A stretch of 64,000 bases of DNA from an uncultured Bifidobacterium sp. Lineage in GTDB: Bacteria > Verrucomicrobiota > Verrucomicrobiia > Limisphaerales > JADJPG01. The translations under genes and the position numbers were made by a program. The notes beneath the pieces were generated by a model that saw nothing but the letters and a program-made list of their open reading frames with translations, was not told the origin of the DNA and did no database searches. The DNA lies in contig CAZBIC010000026.1 of NCBI GenBank assembly GCA_964491875.1, positions 48,090-112,089 of the forward strand, in the 5' to 3' direction. Of the stretch, positions 44,501 through 52,423 are shown one piece after another; the stretch's first letter is position 1; every line of letters starts with the position of its first letter.

Positions 44501-47500
44501 TTACGGCACCACCACGATTCGATAGAACCGATGCGGTGCGGCGCTGATATCGTCTGAAACGGCGATGGGAGCTCCCGTGGCGAGCTGCACGGCGCTCAGC
44601 GGAGTCCACTCCACGTCGTTCAAGTTGTTCTTGTAGTCCACGCGGTAGCGCAAGCCTGCCGTCGTGCCGAACGAGAAGGAAACTGTATTCCCCACGATCA
44701 CCAGACCGCTGATTTGCGGCGGCGCGGCACTGCTGGAACTGACGTTCGCCGAGCGTGGCGTCGCGGTGAGCATGAACTCCCGCGTCGCAGTGCCATCCGG
44801 ATAGCGGCCTTCGCTCACGTTGTTCGTCTGCACCCCAAACGTCACGGCGTCTATTTGTGTTCCGTCGGCTGCAAAGATTCCGAGCGCCTCGCCAGCCTGG
44901 CGAAGTTGGAAGTTCGCATGCAGATCGATCAGGTTGGTGGAGTTCTGCGCAGTCTCATTGTCAGCCCAGACCAAGAGGAATCCCTTCGGCGGAATCGTGT
45001 AGTGACCATTATCTGGCACTCGGAACTGGAACGGATTCGTGAGATTATCGGTGAGGTACGCGCCACCCAAGTCGACAGTGAAATTGTTCGGGTTGTAGAT
45101 CTCGAACCAATCATCCGCGTCGTTGTCCGCCGGGTCCAGGTAGAGACCGGAATTTCCCGCCATCCATTCGTTGATGTAAACCACCAACGGGGCCGCGGCG
45201 CAGTTATTGGCAGCGGCAGGCGTGACGTAATAAAGCGCCTGACGATCAAAGAGCTGTCCATCCGGGCAGGAACCGTAACTGCGGTCGGCGTCGATGCCTT
45301 CGTAGTTCAGGTAGTCGATGATTTGCGCCGAGCCATTGACCATGCGAGAGAGCGCGACGAAGCCCGACCCACCGTTCAAACGAAAGCTCGTGTGCCATTC
45401 CGAGGTCGTGCTTTCGCCCGGTTCACCGTCGGCGAAGATCGTTTTGAACTCGCCGGGATTCAGCGTCGCACCGGCGGGGAAGGCCCACTCGGAGAGATTC
45501 GCATAGCCCGAGGAAAGGTAGATACCTTCCAGCGAGATCGGCGCAGTGCTCGAGTTGTAGATCTCAACCCACGGCTCGCGCTCGCCTTGATTGTCGCTCA
45601 CACCCGTTGCATTGACGGGTTGAACTTCGTTGAGCCACACGAGCGGGAATGCCGGCATTCCCAATATCAGCGCGTTCGTCGCCCCGGGCGTGGCGTAAAT
45701 CGGCGTAGGCCCAGTCGGCGCGCGGACCGGAACCGTTCCCCGGAATCCAGCGCTGAAGCGGAACTGGATGTTGCTGCCCGTCGTGGAGGGCAGATACCAG
45801 AAGCTGAGCGTGTAAACATTCGTCGTCACGATGTTGGTGACATCCTGATAAATGTACTGGCCCGTGTTGCCGGCCGGGAGGAATCGCAAGTCGAGACCGC
45901 CGGAGCCGGAACGAGCCGCTGCGGAAGTCGCCGCGGTATTCGTCGCGTTGGTTCCCTGGAACTTCCACGCCGGTGCCAACGGCGACTCGAAATCGCCATT
46001 CACGAGATAGTTGGATCCCACCGCGGCGTTCGTTCCCGCCACCAGCCACATGTCGTCCACGTAGACGCTGCCCGCCAGATCGGGATAAACGAGCAGGCGC
46101 GTTGCGTTCGGGACACCGGTGATCGAGAAGAACCGCCAGCCGGTGCCGTCGCTCCAGTTGCTGACGCGCGCGTTGTCCTGCGTTGCATCGATCAGCTGCA
46201 GTGAGGAACCGCCGCCGTCCGCATTGGCCGGCCACGGCGCCGCGGATTCATACTTCACCTTGTCCACCACGATCTCCTCGCCGGGCAACGCCCCTGGTCG
46301 CACCAGCGTCAGCGTCTCACCGCTGTTCTGCAAACCACCGTCGAAGCCCGCCGAGAACAAGGCGAGCGCGCCGTAGGTCTTGGCAAACTCGGCGCGATTC
46401 CGCCCCACCACCACGAAGCCGCGCGGCGCGACGACCGTTCCCGGCGCGAACGTGAAGCTCATGCCGTTGATGCGCCAGCCCGAGAGATCGAACGTGTAGG
46501 TCGGATGCGTATTGCGAAGCTCCACGAAGGACGCCTCGCTGAGCGGCGGGTTGTGCATGATTTCGTTGATGACCACGTAGTCCGCCGGATCCGGCGCCAC
46601 GCCGTTGAAGACACCGGTCAAGGAGCGCGTGCCGATGACATTGCCCTTCCGGTCCACGACCGTGACCGTGAGCGCGTTGGTGCCTTCATTGAGCGGCACA
46701 CGGACGGTCCAGTTGGTCGCGTTCGCCCACGTAATCGGGAACTCACCGCCGTTGACGAGAATCTCGCCCGCCATGACGGGCGCGGAACCGGAAATCGTAA
46801 CGTAGTTGTTCGTCGAGACAATCAGGTTTGTCGTCGTGACGTTGAAGACGCCGTTCGGAATCTGGCTGAGAATGTAAGTCCGGCGTCCATCCATCCACGC
46901 CTTCATCGCATCCGGCGAATCCACCGGCACATCGTTCGCGCGGAACGCCGCATAGCGTGCGTTCACGATCGGATTGTAATTCGCTGCCACCAGCGGGCCA
47001 TCGACGATGTCGCGCATCGCCGCCCAGAATTCGCGCACGAACGCCGGGTTGTTGTACCACGCACCGATGACCGGCTCCGAACCCGCCGTGTTGAACAACG
47101 GATCCGTCGTGCCGCGACTGCCCTTACCGAGAACGAGATCGAGATCCCAGAGCAACAATTTCCACGGGCCGTTCTGCGGCTTGTAGGCGAAGCAGTTCTT
47201 GCCCCGCTCGTAACCGTAGGTGTCCCAGTTACCGATCGTGTGCTGCACCGCGAAGTGCCGCATCCACTGCGAGACGTCCACGAGATCCTTCACCGCTGTG
47301 TTCACCGGCTCCGGAGCCGTGGCATTCGCCGCATCGACCAGCGTGAACAAGTCAGCGAAGTCATTCGGCGCAGTGCGCGCGCGCGGACGCCAGATCCAGC
47401 GATAGCGTTCAGCGCGTTTTCCTCCGCCCGTTGACAGGAAGTTCTGCAACGTGCACGTGACGTAGTTGAAGCCGGAGCCCGCGTCATCGAACTCGAACCA

Positions 47501-50500
47501 GTCCTCGATCTTGTGCAACCGGCCGCTGGAGTCGTTCGGATAATACGTCTCCACAATGTCCTGATTAGGCTGCTGGTGATCAAAAAAGATCATGCCGCGC
47601 GACTGTCCGTTCAACGTCACATGCACGTGCCTCTTGTAGTTCACACCCAGCCCGGCCTTACGACCGATCCAATACGCCGTCGATTCCGCCTGCGCACTGG
47701 TGTCGTTGTCGAAGAACGTCGTCACCGCCGACTGCGCGTTCAGGACGAAATCCTGCTGACCAAGCAGCCGGTCATCCGACGGGAACTCCACTTCGTAATC
47801 GCACGTCGTCGTGCCGAGCGGACCGGTGTAAGGCTGGTTCAACGTGTGGAACGGACTGCCGCTGTAGAGCGTCTTCGCGTTATAGACCACGCGCCAGTTG
47901 CCATATACAAACGTGCAATCCATGCCGTCGTTCGCATTACGTTCGCGCTGTGCCCAGAAGGTGAGATTCGATTCCGTCATCCACAGCCGATACGACGCGA
48001 TGCTGCCGGCGCGGAGCGACTCGCCGACGCGCACGAGGCATTCGCGGAACGGCGCGTCATTTGGGAAGAGCGTGGCAGCTGGCGCGGCATTCGCGTCGAC
48101 CGCGCGCAGATGGAAGGCCAGCAATGTTCCGGAAGGCTGGCCGGGAATCGTTCCCGAGAACACTCCGTCGCCGGCTTGAACGTCGCCGCCCGTGCCGTCA
48201 TCGCGCATCGTCACGCTCGACAGTGCTGTTGCCGGATCGAGGCGGTAACGCAGCGAAAAGCTGGAGATGCCGTCCGCGTCATTCACGCGGGCCGTGACCA
48301 CAATCGCCTCGTTGGCCTGAGGCAACACGGGCGCGTGCGAGACTTCGCTGATCGCCGGGCCGGCATTCGCCACCGCACGGGAATTGGACGCGCCGGGTGT
48401 GCCGAGATTGCCGGGGACCGTCAGCCTGCCTGCGCATTCCATCCACTGACCGCGCAAGCGCAGGAGGATGTTCGGTTCACCCTTGAGCCAGCGACCATAC
48501 GCGCGAATCACGCCGCGATTGGTCGTGCCGGTTGGCATGCTGGCGATGGCAGTGCGAATGCGGTTCGCACCCGCATCGCCACGCTCCGCTGCGATGACAT
48601 GCAGCGCATTGCCGCTGCGACCGACGCCGGTTTCGACAAAGGAGCGGCGATGCGTTCCCTGGAAGGCCCAGAGCGCATCACCGGATTCAAAGCCCGGATT
48701 CATCACGCGATTGGTCTGGCCGTTCGCACGGGTCTCGATGTCATCGAGCAGAAGCTCACCCGGGCCTTCGAGGAAGAGTTCGAGACGATCCGGATTGCTC
48801 GTGGCGCTGCTCATGCCGAGCTCCACCGTGGCGTCGCGCTCGATCAACGTCCACGGCGCCTTCTGCGTTTCATCGCTGTCCGCCCAGTTCGCGGCGAGAC
48901 GGTTGTCAGTGTCCGCGTCGATCAGTTCGAGCGAACTGCCGCCGCCATCGCTCCATTCGCCCCAGCGGCCGCCGTCGCCATAGGTCACCTCATTGACCGT
49001 GATGTAAAAAATGTTCGTGGTGATGACCGCGCCGTTCGTGCGCAGGTTGATGTCCGGCATGCCGAGCGCGATGCGTTCGCCGCCGTTCGCAAGCTGGCCG
49101 TCGTAGTTACCGACGACCCTTGCGGACGAGAGTCCCGGATGGCGCGCGAGCAAGTTTGTGCGGTCCTTCGCGATTACGAGATAACCACCTGCCGGAATGA
49201 CGGTGCCCTGCGGCATCGTGTAGCTCACCCCATCGGTCAAGGCCCACCAGCTCAGGTCCACGGCGCTCGCGCTGCGATTGTGCAGCTCGATGAACTCGTC
49301 GGCATCCTCGCCCGAGATTGGGTTGTACATGATCTCGTTGATCACAATCGCCCGGCGAAGCGGCGCGGCGTTCGCGGCACCCATCGTCGGAGTTTCCAAT
49401 TCAACAAAGCCCGGCGCGCCATCCGGAGAACGTCCGCGCGAGACACCGTTTTCCTGACCGCCAAACCGCACGACATCCAGCACGCGCGTGCGCGCCGGAT
49501 TCATCAGCACGATCTCTTCGCCGTCCGAGCTCAGGCTGAAGCCGAGCTGGGCTTCGTTCCACGCGATGGCGCTGCGCCCGGACAGGATGGTGCCGGGCGG
49601 AATCTGGAATTTGTTCGTGCCGAAATCGTCACTCAACCAGCAGCCGCCGATGTCCGCCGGCTGCGCGCTCGTGTTGAACAGTTCGATGAAGTCCGACTGC
49701 GGCGGATCGGTGTGTGCGAGGAATTCGTTGATGACGATGCTGCGCAGCGGGCTGCCGGCGTAGCTCTCGCGACGACCGGGCGAACCACCTACGTTCTCGC
49801 TCGCAGCCCAGGCCTTTACGCTGCCTTCGCCGTAGCTCGGGCGCGCCAGCACCAAAGAGTGCCCAGCACCGTCAGCCGCCGCGGGCCATTCGCCCTTGCT
49901 GTCGTAGTCGACAATCACGATGTGGCCGCCGAGTTCGTTCTCGAGACGCACCGTGCCCTTGGTGTTGGGCAGATTCTCGGCGGTGATGTTCGTCGTGGTC
50001 GCCGTCACGTTGGTGTTGAAGCGCCACGGACCGAGCACGCCGGTGGTGCCGTAGTAGGATTGCACCGCAGCCGGATCGCGCGCGACGACAAGGAAACCGC
50101 CGCTCTGGAGAATTGTCCCCTGCGGGAACGTGAAATGCACATCGCCATCGATGCGATAGCCGGACATGTCCTCGAAGTAATCCTGGCCGTTGAAAATTTC
50201 GATGAACTCGAGGCTGTTCGTCAGGCCCGGCACATCCGCGGGGTGATACATGATTTCCGAGATGACCAACCCGGTGCGACGGGAGCTGGGCCCGAGCGGT
50301 TCGAACGGCAGCTGCAGGCTGCTTACGACGGTGCCGCCGGTGACCACTGAAGGTTCACGGAACTTCGCCACCGCTGTCGCGTTCGTTTGATGACTGCTCA
50401 CCGCGAAACCGACCAGCACGGTGGACGGCATCGTGATGGAAGCCGCACCGAGCTGCTGCCAGCTCTGTCCGTCGAAACTGCCGAAGCCCGTGAAGGCATC

Positions 50501-52279
50501 GCCCACGCGGCGCAGTCGGAGCCAGGTGTAGGGATGATTCACCGGCATGAAGCCCGCGCTGGCGGCATCGACGCCCGCGTTGGCACGCGACTGGAACTTC
50601 ACTCCCGCCAGGCTGGGCGACGACAGCACCGCGGCAAACGATGAGTTCGCCGTGCCTTGTGGACGCGCCATCAAACCAGCTTCGCTATAGCCATCCGACA
50701 AATCGAGCGCCTCGACGCGCGTCTGCACATCGAAGTCGCCAACATACACGCGCGCGTGAAAGCCGAAGCTGTCGCTCGTGCCGCCGATGTCGGCGCCGGT
50801 GGCAGATATGTTATAGCCGCCATTCGTCGCCACCGCGGAGGCGGAACCGAACGCGCCGATGTTCGTCACGGCGAATTGGGAAGCGGTGAAGTTCACCTGG
50901 CTTCCAGCGGTGATCTGGTTGGCAGCCACGGAACGATCGCGGACGCCGGAAACGTTGAGCGTGTAGTTCGCGCCGGGCGTCAGCGCGGCAGTCGAGAGCA
51001 GGACAGATCGCCCGAGCGTATCGATCGTCGCGGCGCTAATCGCCACCGCGCCGCCCGGACCATTCAGCGTGTAGTTGGCGACGGTGTTCGCCGTCGCCAC
51101 GGTCACCTTCTCGCTGAACGCCACAGCCACGGCGTCGAGCGCGGTCAACGACGCGCGCGAAGCGGACGCCGCGCCGATGAGCGTCGGAGCCGTAGTATCC
51201 GCCGTGACGGACAACATCGCGTTGGTGCTTAGCGCGAATGAGCCGTTGAGCGTATTGGTGACCAGCACGGAGAACTGTGCGCTGGCGTCACTCAGTAGCA
51301 CTTCGCTGATCGTGTAGCTGTTGCTCGTCGCACCGGGAATCGCCACGCCACCCCGCCACCATTGATAGGAGATGGGGGGATCACCGGCAGCCTGCGAATT
51401 AAACGTCACCGACCCGCCTTCGAGCGCGGTCTGGCTCGACGGACTCGTCACCAATCGCACCGGACCGGTGAAGAGCGGTCGTTCGACGTTGTAGTTGTTC
51501 GCAATTTGCGCCGGGGTCAGCGCGCCGTCATGGATGCGCACCTTGGCGAGCAGCAGACTTCCACGAAGTGAACCAGTCACTGTGACGCCGTCCGCCTCCA
51601 ACTGAGCCGCGAGCAAGATGGACGTATTCGCGTGCGTGTTGATGACGCCAGCGCCAAGCACCTCGCTGTTTGCTTGAACACCATCCGAGTAAACACGCGT
51701 CGTTGTGCCGTCGTAGGTGTAAACCAGATGATGCCACTGGCCGGCTGCCGGCGCGCCACCCGCGTTATTCCAGCCGATGTCCGGTCCCGCACCCCACTGG
51801 CCAATCGCGCCGAACGACGCGTTCAGACCGTAGTTGAAGGACATGTTCGAGCCGTCGCCGCCGCCGCGCCTTCCCCACGCTACCAGCGTCTCTTCGTCCG
51901 CGATGGCCGGATTGTAGGCCCACACTTCGATCGATCTCGTTGGATTCAATCCAACTAGTCCCGCCGGCGGAGCGATGCGCGCGCCGCCGACGCTGTTGAC
52001 GAGAATCATGTGGGACGTGCCGTTAAACTCGAGGCCGCGCGCCGCGCCGCCCGGAGAATCCGCAACAACGGGATTGCTGAAACCCTGGAATACGCCGCCA
52101 AGCGTGCCAGCGTTCGGGACAGAAGCAGCAGCCCCGTATGGAAGCGCGGTCGCATCGACATCGACAAATAGTGTACCGGCAGTTTGTACCTGTGCCGAGA
52201 CCGAGGAGACAAACCCAGCAGCAATCAATGCGGCGGTAATTCGTGGTAGGGAAAGGCGACGAGTAGGGGACGTTTTCAT
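44501..52279 (-). CDS. Giant secreted protein (2592 aa): LamG-like + Ig-like + six lamin-tail domains + CotH domain
   Basis: Signal peptide. N-terminal LamG-like module. Ig-like segment (PISYQWWRGGVAIPGATSNSY). LTD signatures at VISEIMYHP, VINEFLAHT, VINEIMYNP, VINEIMHNP, VWLNEVQPV and VYINEWMAG, each followed by (F)IE(L/I)(F/H/Y)N. CotH-like region at about 46870..48040 (GNWDTYGYERGKNCFAY, WKLLLWDLDLVLG). Confidence 0.85.
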   Translation of the reverse strand: MKTSPTRRLSLPRITAALIAAGFVSSVSAQVQTAGTLFVDVDATALPYGAAASVPNAGTLGGVFQGFSNPVVADSPGGAARGLEFNGTSHMILVNSVGGARIAPPAGLVGLNPTRSIEVWAYNPAIADEETLVAWGRRGGGDGSNMSFNYGLNASFGAIGQWGAGPDIGWNNAGGAPAAGQWHHLVYTYDGTTTRVYSDGVQANSEVLGAGVINTHANTSILLAAQLEADGVTVTGSLRGSLLLAKVRIHDGALTPAQIANNYNVERPLFTGPVRLVTSPSSQTALEGGSVTFNSQAAGDPPISYQWWRGGVAIPGATSNSYTISEVLLSDASAQFSVLVTNTLNGSFALSTNAMLSVTADTTAPTLIGAASASRASLTALDAVAVAFSEKVTVATANTVANYTLNGPGGAVAISAATIDTLGRSVLLSTAALTPGANYTLNVSGVRDRSVAANQITAGSQVNFTASQFAVTNIGAFGSASAVATNGGYNISATGADIGGTSDSFGFHARVYVGDFDVQTRVEALDLSDGYSEAGLMARPQGTANSSFAAVLSSPSLAGVKFQSRANAGVDAASAGFMPVNHPYTWLRLRRVGDAFTGFGSFDGQSWQQLGAASITMPSTVLVGFAVSSHQTNATAVAKFREPSVVTGGTVVSSLQLPFEPLGPSSRRTGLVISEIMYHPADVPGLTNSLEFIEIFNGQDYFEDMSGYRIDGDVHFTFPQGTILQSGGFLVVARDPAAVQSYYGTTGVLGPWRFNTNVTATTTNITAENLPNTKGTVRLENELGGHIVIVDYDSKGEWPAAADGAGHSLVLARPSYGEGSVKAWAASENVGGSPGRRESYAGSPLRSIVINEFLAHTDPPQSDFIELFNTSAQPADIGGCWLSDDFGTNKFQIPPGTILSGRSAIAWNEAQLGFSLSSDGEEIVLMNPARTRVLDVVRFGGQENGVSRGRSPDGAPGFVELETPTMGAANAAPLRRAIVINEIMYNPISGEDADEFIELHNRSASAVDLSWWALTDGVSYTMPQGTVIPAGGYLVIAKDRTNLLARHPGLSSARVVGNYDGQLANGGERIALGMPDINLRTNGAVITTNIFYITVNEVTYGDGGRWGEWSDGGGSSLELIDADTDNRLAANWADSDETQKAPWTLIERDATVELGMSSATSNPDRLELFLEGPGELLLDDIETRANGQTNRVMNPGFESGDALWAFQGTHRRSFVETGVGRSGNALHVIAAERGDAGANRIRTAIASMPTGTTNRGVIRAYGRWLKGEPNILLRLRGQWMECAGRLTVPGNLGTPGASNSRAVANAGPAISEVSHAPVLPQANEAIVVTARVNDADGISSFSLRYRLDPATALSSVTMRDDGTGGDVQAGDGVFSGTIPGQPSGTLLAFHLRAVDANAAPAATLFPNDAPFRECLVRVGESLRAGSIASYRLWMTESNLTFWAQRERNANDGMDCTFVYGNWRVVYNAKTLYSGSPFHTLNQPYTGPLGTTTCDYEVEFPSDDRLLGQQDFVLNAQSAVTTFFDNDTSAQAESTAYWIGRKAGLGVNYKRHVHVTLNGQSRGMIFFDHQQPNQDIVETYYPNDSSGRLHKIEDWFEFDDAGSGFNYVTCTLQNFLSTGGGKRAERYRWIWRPRARTAPNDFADLFTLVDAANATAPEPVNTAVKDLVDVSQWMRHFAVQHTIGNWDTYGYERGKNCFAYKPQNGPWKLLLWDLDLVLGKGSRGTTDPLFNTAGSEPVIGAWYNNPAFVREFWAAMRDIVDGPLVAANYNPIVNARYAAFRANDVPVDSPDAMKAWMDGRRTYILSQIPNGVFNVTTTNLIVSTNNYVTISGSAPVMAGEILVNGGEFPITWANATNWTVRVPLNEGTNALTVTVVDRKGNVIGTRSLTGVFNGVAPDPADYVVINEIMHNPPLSEASFVELRNTHPTYTFDLSGWRINGMSFTFAPGTVVAPRGFVVVGRNRAEFAKTYGALALFSAGFDGGLQNSGETLTLVRPGALPGEEIVVDKVKYESAAPWPANADGGGSSLQLIDATQDNARVSNWSDGTGWRFFSITGVPNATRLLVYPDLAGSVYVDDMWLVAGTNAAVGSNYLVNGDFESPLAPAWKFQGTNATNTAATSAAARSGSGGLDLRFLPAGNTGQYIYQDVTNIVTTNVYTLSFWYLPSTTGSNIQFRFSAGFRGTVPVRAPTGPTPIYATPGATNALILGMPAFPLVWLNEVQPVNATGVSDNQGEREPWVEIYNSSTAPISLEGIYLSSGYANLSEWAFPAGATLNPGEFKTIFADGEPGESTTSEWHTSFRLNGGSGFVALSRMVNGSAQIIDYLNYEGIDADRSYGSCPDGQLFDRQALYYVTPAAANNCAAAPLVVYINEWMAGNSGLYLDPADNDADDWFEIYNPNNFTVDLGGAYLTDNLTNPFQFRVPDNGHYTIPPKGFLLVWADNETAQNSTNLIDLHANFQLRQAGEALGIFAADGTQIDAVTFGVQTNNVSEGRYPDGTATREFMLTATPRSANVSSSSAAPPQISGLVIVGNTVSFSFGTTAGLRYRVDYKNNLNDVEWTPLSAVQLATGAPIAVSDDISAAPHRFYRIVVVP

Positions 52280-52327
52280 ACGAGCAACGAATGTCGGTTT
52301 ACTTCTGACACTTGCGGATACATCGAT

Positions 52328-52357
52328 AAAAAAGGGCCGGGGTTTAAACCCCGGCCC
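52328..52357 (-). terminator. Intrinsic terminator between the two large secreted-protein genes
   Basis: Minus strand reads GGGCCGGGGTTTAAACCCCGGCCC (perfect palindrome, 52334..52357) followed by TTTTTT (52333..52328). Confidence 0.85.
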
Positions 52358-52423
52358 TGAGTTTCACTTACTTCATGTTATCGGCTGAAGTTGAGTCAGC
52401 TCGATTTCATCAGGCAGCACCGA

